Positions 30,862-41,793 of a stretch of DNA of 41,970 nt are shown piece by piece. The DNA is from Chrysochromulina tobinii (Eukaryota), in contig JWZX01003156.1 in the NCBI GenBank assembly GCA_001275005.1, forward strand, positions 1 through 41,970. The letters run 5' to 3'. The notes beneath the pieces were generated by a model that saw only the letters and a program-made list of their open reading frames with translations, searched no databases and was not told the origin of the DNA. A program made the translations under genes and the position numbers. Each line of letters begins with the position of its first letter. Position 1 is the first letter of the stretch.

Positions 30862-32316
30862 ATGGCTGGCCTCCTCTTAGTCGCCGTCGCAATCAGTGCA
30901 CAACGCGTGTGCGTAGACGACGCAAAGTGGGACAACCACAGCGGTAAATCGTGCGCGGACTACAGTGCCGAGGGGTGGTGCAACGGGCATGGCTTCAAAC
31001 CGGGCAAAGAATGGACGGGCGGAGAGCATTTTAATTGGCCCGAGCGCAATTGCTGCGCATGCAAACAGCTCGCGCCCGCGCCCGCGCCCGCGCCCATGCC
31101 CGCGCCCATGTCAACATTCGAGTCTGCAACATCCGGGCCCACATCCTCAGCGTTGTCCTCGGCCACAACGGCTGCACCGCGTGCCAAACTGGGTAATGAT
31201 GTACCCATCGAGCTCGCCGACGCGTTGCAAGCGCGGCTCGCCAGCTGCCCTGCACCGCCGCCAGGGCCGCCGTCGGCGGAGCCGCTGTTTTTATTTGCGA
31301 GGCTACCGCGGACAGGCAGCGGGCTCATGTGCCAGCTGCTGAGCACGTGCGCGGCTAGGCAGTCTCGGGGCGCGTGCGGCACGTCGCCCTCATCAACGAG
31401 CGGCGCCGGCGGCGGTGGTGGTGCACGCGCTACTGGTGACCTGACCTTCTTTGGCAGCGACAAGCTGCCGTCGAGCAACTACGGCATGTGCGCGGGCCTC
31501 GACGGACTGACGGCAGCGTGCTCGACGCTCGGCGGCGAGATGGCGGCTGTGTGTCAGCACATGGGCACGCTCAAGCGGCCAGGCGCGATCATGGTTGCCA
31601 TGGAGCGCTGGCCCGATTGGACGCTTGCGCCGTGCCCAAGCGTGCAGCCGGCAGTGCGCTTGCTCGCGCTGCTGCGAGACCCGGGCGAGCGCGCGCAGTC
31701 GGCCTACACCTTCCAACTCGACGCGTGCGTGTGCAACTTCAAGTTCCAGTGGTGCACGATGTTCACCTCCTTCCGCTTTAAGAATCGGCAGACGAAGCTG
31801 TGCGACGAGCACACGCCGCGGCACGGCTTTGCCGCCGCGATCGGTGCCGTGCGCGCCCAAGGCAACATGCCCTGGCCACTCACTTCGAGCGAGACGCAGC
31901 ACGTTCTTGGCCGGTTCACTGCGGGCATCGTCAAGGAGATCTACACGCCGTGGTTCGGGGCGTACCAGGCCGCGGGCGGCGGCGGGTGGAAGAGCTCGGC
32001 GCTTCTCGCGGGCCGAACGCTCGCGAGCTGCTTCGCCTGGGTGGGCATCGCCGAGGACCTCGCGCTCTCGCTGCAGCTCCTCAAGCTTGAGCTGCCCGAT
32101 CACTTTGGCAAGCTGGACGTGTCTCAGCATGCGTGGACGCCCAGCTCGGGCGCGAGCGGCGGCAACCTGCCTGCGGCCAATCAGAGCAGCCAGCACCCGT
32201 ACTTGCGCAGCCACCTGCTGCCGCACGACTACGAGGTCTTCGACGCCGAGCGTCGGCGGCTCTTCCAGCGCGCGCGTGCGCACGGGATCTTGTTGTACAA
32301 CGCGCCGCTCGTGTAG
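30862..32316 (+). CDS. Secreted or Golgi sulfotransferase-like protein with N-terminal Cys-rich module
   Basis: Signal peptide [20 protein letters not shown]...SCADY...WC...NCCAC module; 5'-PSB-like [12 protein letters not shown]; 3'-[38 protein letters not shown]. Confidence 0.7.
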   Translation: MAGLLLVAVAISAQRVCVDDAKWDNHSGKSCADYSAEGWCNGHGFKPGKEWTGGEHFNWPERNCCACKQLAPAPAPAPMPAPMSTFESATSGPTSSALSSATTAAPRAKLGNDVPIELADALQARLASCPAPPPGPPSAEPLFLFARLPRTGSGLMCQLLSTCAARQSRGACGTSPSSTSGAGGGGGARATGDLTFFGSDKLPSSNYGMCAGLDGLTAACSTLGGEMAAVCQHMGTLKRPGAIMVAMERWPDWTLAPCPSVQPAVRLLALLRDPGERAQSAYTFQLDACVCNFKFQWCTMFTSFRFKNRQTKLCDEHTPRHGFAAAIGAVRAQGNMPWPLTSSETQHVLGRFTAGIVKEIYTPWFGAYQAAGGGGWKSSALLAGRTLASCFAWVGIAEDLALSLQLLKLELPDHFGKLDVSQHAWTPSSGASGGNLPAANQSSQHPYLRSHLLPHDYEVFDAERRRLFQRARAHGILLYNAPLV

Positions 32317-32444
32317 GAAAGGGAAAGAGGAGGACTGTAGTGTTTTTCACAGTTTCTCGGCGACGCCGTGAAACGTCGCATCTGAGAAGACAAAAAGAAA
32401 AGGTCCCTCCATCTTTGCGGCAAAGCGCCCTCTTTTGTCCGAGG

Positions 32445-33416
32445 ATGGCAGCGCCACCGGCACAGGGCCGGGTGTTCCAGTACAAGCTGGTGCTTCTCGG
32501 CGACAGCGCAGTCGGCAAGTCGTCGCTCGTGCTGCGCTTTGTGAGGGGACAGTTCTTTGAGTACCAGGAGTCGACCATCGGCGCTGCGTTCCTCACGCAG
32601 ACGGTTGCGCTCAATGAGACGACCGTCAAGTTCGAGATCTGGGACACGGCCGGCCAGGAGCGCTACCACAGTCTCGCGCCCATGTACTACCGCGGCGCCG
32701 CAGCTGCGATTGTCGTGTACGACATCACTAACAGGGTGAGCACCACGCTCGCGCTATGTCGGCGGCTCAGTGGCGGCTTCTGCGAGTGTCCTCTAGCGAT
32801 CGCCGCCTGACCCAACCTTGGTGCTTGCAACTTCGCAGGACTCGTTCCAGCGCGCCAAGCAGTGGGTGAAGGAGCTGCAGCGACAGGGCAACCCGAACAT
32901 CGTCATCGCGCTTGCAGGCAACAAGTCGGATCTGAACTCGAAGCGCAAAGTGGAGCCAGAGGTGAGTCGGCCTGCCGCGCGAGTGCCGGCCAGCGCCCTG
33001 CATGATGGCTGCTGCCGGCCTTGATGGTGTGTGCCCTATGCCGCGCTCTGTCTGCGTCGTCTCTGACACGGCCGGAGCCACTTCGGGGCGCCATCGCAGG
33101 AGGCGGAGTCGTATGCTAGCGACAACGGCATCTTCTTCATGGAGACGAGTGCCAAGACGGCCACCAACGTCAACGAGCTGTTCGTTGCTATTGGTGCGCC
33201 GCTGCCGCCAGCTTGCCAGGCGGTGCACTTCGCCGTAGCGTAGCACTCCTGACACGCGCGCTTTGCTCCCCGCTCCCCGCTCCCCGCTTTGCTGCCTCAT
33301 CTTGCTCAGCGCGCAAGCTTCCGAAGAACACGCCGCAGCCGCGGCCGGGCGGCCAGGCCGGCATAACGCTGAACCAGGCCGAATCTGGGGCACCGGCCAA
33401 GAAAGGCTGCTGTTAA
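32445..33416 (+). CDS. RAB5: Rab5 (RabF) small GTPase, 204 aa; exons 32445-32735, 32839-32961, 33100-33193, 33310-33416
   Basis: GDSAVGKSS, effector [38 protein letters not shown]-terminal GCC. Three GT-AG introns restore the frame. Confidence 0.96.
32736..32838 (+). other. Rab5 intron 1 (103 nt, phase 0)
   Basis: GTGAGC ... CCTGAC ... TCGCAG. Confidence 0.92.
32962..33099 (+). other. Rab5 intron 2 (138 nt, phase 0)
   Basis: GTGAGT ... CTCTGAC ... TCGCAG. Confidence 0.92.
33194..33309 (+). other. Rab5 intron 3 (116 nt, phase 1)
   Basis: GTGCGC ... CCTGAC ... pyrimidine tract ... CTCAG. Confidence 0.9.
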
Positions 33417-34122
33417 AGGGCTTTAGGTGACAGTGTGGCCAGGCGCGACAAGGACACACGCGTGGGCAATGCTCAACGACGCATGAGCTCGTCGACCCAT
33501 CCGCACCCATTTCCCTCGCAAGCGTCGTCCGTCTTGTATGTTCTCGTCGCATCTTTCGGTTCGCGCTCGGCTCGTCGGCACGCGCAATCTAGTTGACGCT
33601 CTCATGGTGCGCAGCACAGTCCGAGAGAGGTTACGTTCACGCGCCGCTGCGCGACCACTCGCATCACGTCATGTCTCTGTCACAGGTCGGTGGCTGCGCG
33701 CGGAGAGGTAAGTGGTGGATGTTCGTCCGATGAGACTCCGCGCCCGGGGTCTGCTGTCAGTGAAAAGATAATCTCCGTTAGTGACAGGCTACGGTGCGAG
33801 TGCCCCCAAAGACACGCGTTCACTCACGGCCGGAACGGCGAACGGGCCGCGTTAACCGCGCGTGGCATCTCCCACGACACATGCAAAGAGACAGTGTGTG
33901 GGGGTTGGCCGCTCCGTCCGACGGTGGTCGTGCGTGACCGGTGCATGTTCGTGTGCAGAGTTTCCCGCGACGATCGACGTGTGTGCAATCTGCAACAGCA
34001 TGCCGATGGTTGTGCGGCTTCGTGCCAAGCAGCCCTCCCGCCAGCCGTGCCATGGCCCCAATAGCGGCGCACCTCGCCGCTGCTCGAGAGCGTCTTGGGC
34101 CAGTCCCGAGTCGACCCGACCG

Positions 34123-35512
34123 TTACTCCGCCTCCTCTTTCCTCAGGAGTGTCTCGAGCTTTGCCTCGGCCTGTAGGGCGAGTTTCTCCGCGTTCTTGCG
34201 CTCGCCCTCGGCTGCGCTGTTCGCAGCGATTTTGCGGAAGCGCGCGAGTCGTGACTTAAGCTTGTGGATCTCGCGTTGCTTGTCGTCACCAGTGTTCTGG
34301 TACGAGAGCCACCAAGCCTCTTGGGGCTCACCCCCCTTGTTGGCCGCGGCACGGCGGCGCACCTCGTCGCGCTCGCGCTCCTTGCGCTCGGCCTCGCGCT
34401 CCTCGGCTTCGCGCGCGCGCTCCTGCTCCTCACGCTGCACGCGCAGCCGCTCCTCCTGCTCCTGCTTCATCCTCAAGTCCTCAGCATCGAAGAGGTGCTG
34501 GTCGTCTTCCATCGCGCGCTGCAGTGAGCGCACCTTCCGACGGACGACGTCTGGGTCGAGAGGCACCTTGAAGCGCGAGAGCTCGCTCTCCGTGACGGGC
34601 TGGTTGGAGAGTGCCGACAGGTCGACGAGCCGGTCGCCCGTCGCCGTGCGTACGCGCAGCGCCGCATCGGTCACGCGCTGGCCGAGTTTGTACGGGCGCG
34701 GACTGCGCTTCACCTCGAGCACGTACGCAGCGTAGAAGGAGCGCGCGCCGTTGATGAGCTGCGAGCCCCGGATGAGACAGCCTTGGGCGACCTTGCGAAA
34801 AGTGGTGTTGGGCTGCTGCGCTTCCCAAATCTCAAGGTGCTTGCGCGGCAACCAAATGGCCGCGAGCTCGTCCATCTGCAGCGGGCCCATGGGTTCGATG
34901 ACCTCGAGCGCCTTTTTGGCGCGGCTCGGCTCTTTCAGCGCCTTCGACAGCTCCTTCGGCCCACGATTCCACTCCATGGTGGCCGCCTCCTGCAGCCGTT
35001 TCGAGGGCAACTCAGTGAGCGCATACACCTTTTTGTTGTCGTAGGCGCGCCAGGCGATGTATTCGTGCGTCGAGTCGGCGACGCGGTCCCAAACGTCGGC
35101 GGCGGGTTCCTCCTCGGTCTGGAGCATGTGCACTGAGCACGCGCGCAGGATGCAGTCGGCGTGGTTCTCGTCCATGTGCATGGAGAATAAGAGCTCCTTG
35201 GGCTGCGCCTGGAGCGGCTCGCCCTCAAACAGCACCTCGTAGTCCGAAGGGGCGCCCGCCAAACGTGCGTACTCGGTGCAGTCGGGTGCGCGGTAGTACC
35301 AACGCGCGTTGAAATAGACCTCTTTGGGCGCGAACGAGTAGACGAAGATCTCCTGCAAGCGCGCAACGTACGGTTCGGAGCCGTTCGTGTCTAGGTACAC
35401 GTCCTGGCCTACGCGCAGCTCGGTCTCGCCCTTAAACATCTGGCGGTAGAACATCTTTCCGTCTGTCTTGAGATAGGGCTTGCCCGTGACCCGCGGCGCA
35501 TCGGGGTCTTCA

Positions 35513-35553
<41 letters not shown>

Positions 35554-36144
35554 CGCCACCTCCTCCGCCTCTTCTTTCTCCTCCTCTTCGTCCTTCTTCT
35601 TGCCCGCTGAGGCGGCCGCTTCCTCGTCACCGTCGCCGTCCACCTCCTCATCCTCCTCGGCCTTGGGCCGACGCTTCTTGCGTGGCGCCTCGTTCTCCTG
35701 CTCCTCGTCGTCTACGAGTGCCTCTTTCTCGGCCGCCGCATCCTCCTGCATCACTTGCTCTGCATCCTCCTTAAACGTGGGCTCGATTGGCTCGCTGGCT
35801 GACGAGACCCTCTGCCGCTTCATAGCGGGCTGTGCGTCGTCCTTCTGAGCCGCCTCTGCCGGGGCAGGCGGATCGGGCGCGGGCGATTTCGAGTCCCCGG
35901 TGAGCATGCGTTTCATCAGCGTGTCCACCTCGGCCTTGATACCCTTCTTGTACGGCTTCAATGTGCCTGGCGGCTGCTGCGGCAGAAGCTGCTGCTCGAG
36001 GCGTGAGAGCACGACTTTGAGCGTGAGAACGTCCCATGACTCGGTCTGTAGCAGAGTCTCGAGGCCCTCTCGGAGCCTCTCGAGCGTCAGCAGCGAAGGC
36101 GAGGGCAGCTGGTTCTCCGTGGTTGCGTCCTCTACCTCTGCCAT
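34123..36144 (-). CDS. Chromatin/transcription protein with DEK-C, acidic tract, BAH, Plus3 and coiled-coil regions
   Basis: DEK-C: LETLLQTESWDVLTLKVVLSRLEQQL...LKPYKKGIKAEVD. NLS-like PRKKRRPK. BAH: LRVGQDVYL..EPYVARLQEI..FNARWYYR..KELLFS..ADCILRACSV. Plus3: DELAAIWLPRKHL...VAQGCLIR...PYKLG..TDAAL...LSALSNQPVTESE. Confidence 0.85.
35513..35548 (-). repeat. (TCCTCG)x6 coding repeat encoding an Asp-Glu tract
   Basis: Read directly; lies in the acidic linker of the BAH/Plus3 protein. Confidence 0.9.
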
Positions 36145-36338
36145 ATCGGCAATAGCTCTTCGAAGTGGCCCAGTGCACCACAGACAGAAGAAAAGTGGAA
36201 GCGCGTCAGGAACTCGCGACGTCGACTTTGCCGTGAAAAATTATGTGCTTGGCTCAACGAAGTAATCTACCTCGCGACTCGCCCAAACCTTTTTTCTTTC
36301 ATGTGAATTTATCGCGCCACGAACGCTGAGGCAAAATA

Positions 36339-38534
36339 ATGGCGACTTTCGCTTTTCCCGCTCCGCCGCCGCTGCCGCCCGCGCCGCTCGAGGCGGCCTC
36401 GATTCTCGAGCCGCTTTGGGCGTGGGCTCAATGGTCGCTCCAGAACCAATTGTATGAGAACGCCACCTTCCTCGCCGAGCGAGTTCTCGCCGAGTCAGCC
36501 TGCGATGCGTCCAAGCTGCTGCTGGCTACGTGTCACTACTCGGCGGGCGCGGCCAATCGTGCCGCGGCCGTGCTGCAGAGTTGCACCGCCCCGCAGAACC
36601 GATATCTCCTGGCACTCTGCTGCATGCGCCTTGGCAAGCTGCCGGAGGCCCAGACAGCGCTGCTCGGCCCATCGATGCCCGATACAGAGTGTAGCGCATC
36701 TCTGCCCAACGGCGCGGCCGGGTTGTACCTGATGGGCATGATCTGCCTCAAGATGCAACAGCGGCCGCGGGCGATCAAATATCTGACGCGCAGCCTTGGA
36801 CTCAACCCGTTCCTCTGGTCGGCGTATGAGGCTCTCAGCCAGCTGGGTGCGCCGCTGCCCGAGGGGCTCGTCGCGCCGCCGATGCCCTCCTTCGGCTGCG
36901 ACAGCGTCATGCCCGTGCCTGTGACTGGCGCCATCTCCGAGGCGGGCACCGGCTTCGCTCCCGTCTATCCGGGCGGTACATGCGGGGCTGCGCAAGGCAG
37001 TGGTGCCCCCGGCAGCGCCGCCGCACCCGCGACGCCGATGGTGACGCCCGGCGTCCGCACACCCGCGCAGCCCTCTTTCACCCCCGTGGGCTCGAGTGGG
37101 CCGGGCGGCGTGCCGTCATCCGCGGCGGCCGCCTCGGTCGGCCTGCCGGGCTCCCTATCGACGCCTAATCTGCATACGCCCAGCTTGTTCGCGCCTGGTG
37201 GCGCGCCGCCCTCGTCGGCGGCGCCTCCATCGCCCGGCGGGCCGGGCAACCGCCGCCGCCCGCCCCCGGGCGGCCCGCCTTCGAGTGGGGCGGTCTCGGC
37301 CGTCGATGACGGCAGCCGCCTGCCAGTCGCTGCTGGGGGCGCCGCTGGACGACGCGGTCGCGCGCTCGGCGGGAGCGGCAGCAGCGGCGTGCCTGTGCGG
37401 CGCTCGACGCGCCTCTCGGCGACAGGCCCTGGAGGGGAGGCTGCACTGGCCGCGGCCGTCGTGCGGGGCGAGATGCCGCCGCAATCCATGGTGCCGCGCG
37501 GCCCCGGCTCCGGCAGTGGTGACGGCGTGCAGGAGGCGCTGCTGCTGCTGCGGCAGCTCGCCAGCGGCTACCGTGCGCTGTGCCAGTACAAGTGTCAAGA
37601 TGCGGTGGTCATCTTCCGCGGGCTGGCGCCGCGCCAGTACAATACCGGATGGGTTCTCAACCAGGTGGGGCGTGCGCACTTTGAGATGGTGCAGTACACG
37701 GAGGCACTGCGCGCCTTCGAGCATGCGCAGCTGCTGGAGCCGCACCGGCTGTGTGGCATGGAGGTGCACTCGACAATCCTGTGGCACCTCAAGCGCGAGG
37801 TGGCGCTCTGCCATCTCGCTAAGAAGGCGCTCGACTTCGAGCGCACCTCGGCATACGCGTGCTGCGTGGTCGGCAACTGCTTCTCCCTGCAAAAGGAGCA
37901 TGACACAGCGCTCAAGTTCTTCCAGCGCGCCATCCAGCTCCAGCCCGACTTTGCGTACGCGTACACGCTCTCGGGCCATGAGTACTCGGCCAACGACGAC
38001 TTCGAGAAGGCGATGGCTTGCTACCGCTCGGCGATCCGCATCGACGAGCGCCACTACAATGCGTGGTACGGGTTGGGCAACATCTACTTCCGTCAGGAGA
38101 AGTTTGACTTTTCCGAGCATCACCTGAAAAAGGCGCTCGCCATCAACCCTTGCTCGTCGCCGCTCTACTGCTACCTCGGAATGGCCTTGCATTCCAACCA
38201 GAAGACGCCGCAGGCGCTCGAGATGCTCTCGAGCGCCATCCAGATCGACCCGAAGAATCCACTCGCGCGCTTCCAGAAGGCGCAGGTGCTGCTCTCGACC
38301 GACCAGTACGAGCTCGCGCTCTCCGAGCTCAAACAGCTTGTCGAGATGGCGCCCAAGGAGGGCTCCGTCTACTTCGTGCTAGGCAAGGTGTACAAGAAGC
38401 TCGGCGACCAGTCCAAGGCGTTGCAGTATCTGACGCGTGCTCTTGACCTGAGCCCCAAGGACGCGCAGCAGATCAAGAGCGCCATCCTCAACCTCGAGAA
38501 GGAAGACAACGCGGAGGAAGAGGATGAGCTGTGA
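36339..38534 (+). CDS. CDC27: Anaphase-promoting complex subunit 3 (CDC27)
   Basis: N-terminal ANAPC3 (YENATFLAERV, LLATCHY, NPFLWSAYEALSQLG), low-complexity TP/SP-rich loop with RRSTRL, C-terminal TPR array (YNTGWVLNQVGRAHFE, GNCFSLQKEHDTALKFFQRAIQL, YAYTLSGHE, RHYNAWYGLG). Confidence 0.95.
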   Translation: MATFAFPAPPPLPPAPLEAASILEPLWAWAQWSLQNQLYENATFLAERVLAESACDASKLLLATCHYSAGAANRAAAVLQSCTAPQNRYLLALCCMRLGKLPEAQTALLGPSMPDTECSASLPNGAAGLYLMGMICLKMQQRPRAIKYLTRSLGLNPFLWSAYEALSQLGAPLPEGLVAPPMPSFGCDSVMPVPVTGAISEAGTGFAPVYPGGTCGAAQGSGAPGSAAAPATPMVTPGVRTPAQPSFTPVGSSGPGGVPSSAAAASVGLPGSLSTPNLHTPSLFAPGGAPPSSAAPPSPGGPGNRRRPPPGGPPSSGAVSAVDDGSRLPVAAGGAAGRRGRALGGSGSSGVPVRRSTRLSATGPGGEAALAAAVVRGEMPPQSMVPRGPGSGSGDGVQEALLLLRQLASGYRALCQYKCQDAVVIFRGLAPRQYNTGWVLNQVGRAHFEMVQYTEALRAFEHAQLLEPHRLCGMEVHSTILWHLKREVALCHLAKKALDFERTSAYACCVVGNCFSLQKEHDTALKFFQRAIQLQPDFAYAYTLSGHEYSANDDFEKAMACYRSAIRIDERHYNAWYGLGNIYFRQEKFDFSEHHLKKALAINPCSSPLYCYLGMALHSNQKTPQALEMLSSAIQIDPKNPLARFQKAQVLLSTDQYELALSELKQLVEMAPKEGSVYFVLGKVYKKLGDQSKALQYLTRALDLSPKDAQQIKSAILNLEKEDNAEEEDEL

Positions 38535-38631
38535 GAGGCGTGGGAGACGTCGACCCGCTGGGCGGTGCGGACCCTCGGCACTGTTTATGGCACACCGGTG
38601 CGCTGCTCGTGAGCGCAACCCCGCCAGCGGC

Positions 38632-38679
38632 CACAGCCAGTCACACAGCCAGGCACACAGCCAGTCACACATCCAGTCA
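38632..38679. repeat. 12-bp minisatellite CACAGCCAGTCA x4 (two variant copies) downstream of CDC27
   Basis: Units at 38632, 38644, 38656 and 38668. Confidence 0.88.
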
Positions 38680-39948
38680 CAGGACATCGAACAGGACACG
38701 CAGCGCGGAGCGGGGCTGAGCGCGTGTGCGGTGCCCCGGTTCGGGCGACGCGACCGGCGCGCGGCGGGGCGACCGGCTCGGGGTGCACGGAACCGAACCA
38801 CGGAGCACGGTGGGGCGTGAGAGCCGGACGACTGGTGCGTCGCTTCGCGGGGATGCATCGGGCGAAAAAAGGTGTGCGCACGTGTCTTCAAAGCGGCCTT
38901 GCGTGGACGGTTGGCGCCACGCGGTCCCGCACCGCCGCACCGCGCCGCCGGCGGCCCGGTGAGAGGCGCGTACGTGCGGTACGGGTACACGCAGGATCCG
39001 CTCCTCTTTTCAAGTCTGAGTGGAAGAGAGGAACTGAACGAACAAAGATGTACGATCCCGGGGCACGACCCGCCCGACGACCCGCCAGTGCCAGTCCCTG
39101 GCGCGCCGTAGGGTCGCCGAAAATCCAAAAACTCCCGCCGCGCCCCCGCGGCCCGAGTATAGGGCCTCTGCCTGAGTCATCCAGGTGTCGAATCCCTGAG
39201 CCACGCGGTCTCTAGACTCACACTCAGGTCAGATTATAGTGCCCAATCTATGCACTTGGAACGCGCAGCCGATTTCCTCAGGCCAGCAGTCAGTTGAGGC
39301 CACGTTGATGTGTTCGGGTGTAGGTATCACTTTGCGCTTCTTTGTTCTGTGTCATCAGCCACCGCCTCGAATACAAGAACGTGGGGATCACGCCTGCATC
39401 GTTCGACAAAGGTTTCACCATAGGTGTAGACATCACGCATGATTTCCCGAGCCAACCAACAACAGGATGCTGCAAGAATGCCACGAGATCCCACGCGCAA
39501 ATAGCCTGTTATTATGCGACGGCCAGGCATGCGCATCAAGGCGCCACGCGTTTCAGGGGCGAAGCACGAGTAGCCCCAGCGCGTGGATACGCAGTGCTCG
39601 ATGGGTCTGAGCCCCGCCGATGAGAGCTGCGATGCATCCACAAAGAAGCAGATCACGGCGAGCAGCAGCAATCGCAGGTTGGTATGCATATATATGAAGA
39701 CGAGGCTACGTCTGTTGGAGAGGAGAGTCGAGAGAGGCACGTGTGAGCATAGTGTCGATGCTCACAGATGATATTGCCCGCTGTCCGAGCAGGCCGGGCA
39801 TCGCTCCGGCGATAGACTCACTTGATGAAAGAGGGCCGTCCACATTTCATCACGGAAGGCAGCACACATATTGTACCGGTAAGTTATGTTTATGAGGTGA
39901 ACGGCTGCCGACTTGGCGATCCGCAGCTTCGTCTGAGAGAGTGCAAGA

Positions 39949-41793
39949 TCAGACAGCTCCCTCCACAATCACGCCCGAGCCAAGGCACACCTCGCCGTCG
40001 TAAAACGCCGCAAACTGACCGGGCGCGAGGCCCTTATCGCGCTCAGCGAGTTCGACTTCCGCCCCATAGCCGTCGGCGTGCAGGGCCACGGTGGCCTCGT
40101 GAGTCTGGGCGCCGTGGCGCACCTTGACTTGCAGGTGTAGAGGCACGCCCGGCAGCACTGTTGGCGGATGGCCAGCAACCCAGTTGATGCCCGCGGTGCG
40201 GAACGCATTGCGCGCTTTGTCGGCGCCCGTGTAGCTGCGCGTCGCGTAGAGCACGTTGGCCTCAAAGTCTTTGTGCACGACGTGCCATGGGCCAAAGGCT
40301 CGAAATGCGTTGTTGAGCACAGGCCCTAGGCCACGCCGCTGCCCCACGGTGTGGTACCAGAGGCCACGGTGTGTGCCGACTATCTCGCCTGTTTCGAACT
40401 CGATAATGTGCCCAGGGGCCTCGCCGAGGTGATCGCGCAGAAAGTCGTCGTAGTTCAGCTGGCCGAGGAAGCAGATGCCCTGCGAGTCCTTGCGCGCGCG
40501 ATTCGGGAGGTGGAGAGCGTGCGCGGCTGCGCGAACTTCGGGCTTGCTCATGCCGCCGATGGGGAAGATGGCCGAGCTGAGCTGCTCCTGGCGCAGCTGC
40601 GAGAGGAAGTAAGTTTGGTCCTTGTGCGCGTCGGCCGAGCGCAGCAGCTCCACCATAGGCTTCCCACCCGCCGACGAGAACGGCACCGTGGCGCGGCTGC
40701 CCGTGGACCGAGTAGGCGCCGTTCGCGCATAGTGGCCCGAGGCGACGTGTCCAAAGTGGCAGCCGACGCGGTCGTGGAAGACCCCAAACTTGATGCGCGA
40801 GTTGCACATGATATCAGGGTTGGGGGTTCGGCCAGCAGCCGCTTCCGCCACCAGATAGCCCACCACGTGCTCTTGGTACTCCTTCTGGAGCGAGACCGCC
40901 TCGAGCGGCACACCCGCCTGCTCGCACACCGCCTCACAGTATGCCCAGTCCTCCTCCCACGGGCAGTCGCCGCGGGCGGCGTGCGCCTGCTCGTCCTCGA
41001 GCCAAATGCGGAGGTAGAAGGCACGGCAGCGGTGGCCCGCAGCGAGCAGTTGGTGTAGCGCCACGGACGAGTCAACGCCGCCTGAGAGCAGCACTGCCAC
41101 CTCCTCCTCGGCCGCTGGCCAGAGCAGCTGCGGATGCGCGGTCGCAGTGGTCGCGGGTGGCAGCACAGAGGTGCCGCTGCGAGGGAGCGACGGCAGTCTC
41201 CGATCTTCGTCTAGACCCGCATGCGGTGGCATCGCCGCAGCTGTCACCGCCCTCAGCGCGGATGGGAGCTGTGCCAGGAGCTGCTTGCGCATAGTCTGCA
41301 CCATCCCATCCAGTCCATTCAAGCGGCTTGGCGTGAGGGCAAGCGTCAACCCCGCCTTGGCAGCCAGCTCGCGCACATCAAGCTGCAGCAGGGCGTCTAC
41401 CGGCTCTCCCTGCAGCCCACGCACAAGCAATGCAACGAGGCCTCGGGCCAGCTTGGAGTCCGCTGCACCCGCCAGCCGGAGACGACCGTCCTCACCAGCT
41501 CTCGCCGTTACGTGCACGACCGATACGCACCCTCGCACCCGAGTCTGATCGCCCAGCTCGAGCAGCGAAGGCGCCGGAAGCGCCTCACCGATGCGCAGAA
41601 GCCTGAGCGATTGGGTGCGAGCGGTTTCGCTCGCGCCGAGAACGGCGGCGAGGCGAGAGAGGCGCCGTGGCAGAGTCGGCGGTGAGGTCGACTCTGATGG
41701 AAGCGCGAGCAGTATCGGCCGTGTTCGTCCTGTGCAGTGCCCCGGTACACTGCATCGCGAAGGGACCGAGGAGAAGGCGTCCACAATCTGCAT
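39949..41793 (-). CDS. mnmA: SufE-MnmA fusion: N-terminal SufE sulfur-acceptor domain plus tRNA-specific 2-thiouridylase
   Basis: SufE (aa ~44-172): LLRIGEALP, RVRGCVSVVHV, ADSKLARGLVALL, LTPSRLNGL. MnmA (aa ~231-614): SGGVDS PP-loop, CPWEED, GRTPNPDIMCNSRIKFG, SGHYAR, KDQTYFL, KDSQGICF, HTVGQRRGLG, PGQFAAFY. Single continuous ORF. Confidence 0.92.
   Translation of the reverse strand: MQIVDAFSSVPSRCSVPGHCTGRTRPILLALPSESTSPPTLPRRLSRLAAVLGASETARTQSLRLLRIGEALPAPSLLELGDQTRVRGCVSVVHVTARAGEDGRLRLAGAADSKLARGLVALLVRGLQGEPVDALLQLDVRELAAKAGLTLALTPSRLNGLDGMVQTMRKQLLAQLPSALRAVTAAAMPPHAGLDEDRRLPSLPRSGTSVLPPATTATAHPQLLWPAAEEEVAVLLSGGVDSSVALHQLLAAGHRCRAFYLRIWLEDEQAHAARGDCPWEEDWAYCEAVCEQAGVPLEAVSLQKEYQEHVVGYLVAEAAAGRTPNPDIMCNSRIKFGVFHDRVGCHFGHVASGHYARTAPTRSTGSRATVPFSSAGGKPMVELLRSADAHKDQTYFLSQLRQEQLSSAIFPIGGMSKPEVRAAAHALHLPNRARKDSQGICFLGQLNYDDFLRDHLGEAPGHIIEFETGEIVGTHRGLWYHTVGQRRGLGPVLNNAFRAFGPWHVVHKDFEANVLYATRSYTGADKARNAFRTAGINWVAGHPPTVLPGVPLHLQVKVRHGAQTHEATVALHADGYGAEVELAERDKGLAPGQFAAFYDGEVCLGSGVIVEGAV

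Noticed and set aside
39660..39710. LVFIYMHTNLRLL as the end of a hAT transposase dimerisation domain
   Set aside because: The upstream ERxFS/RxRL motifs and the rest of a transposase are absent.
22307..41793. TYW2 and MnmA as a tRNA-modification cluster
   Set aside because: About 16 kb apart, with unrelated genes between them and probably different compartments.
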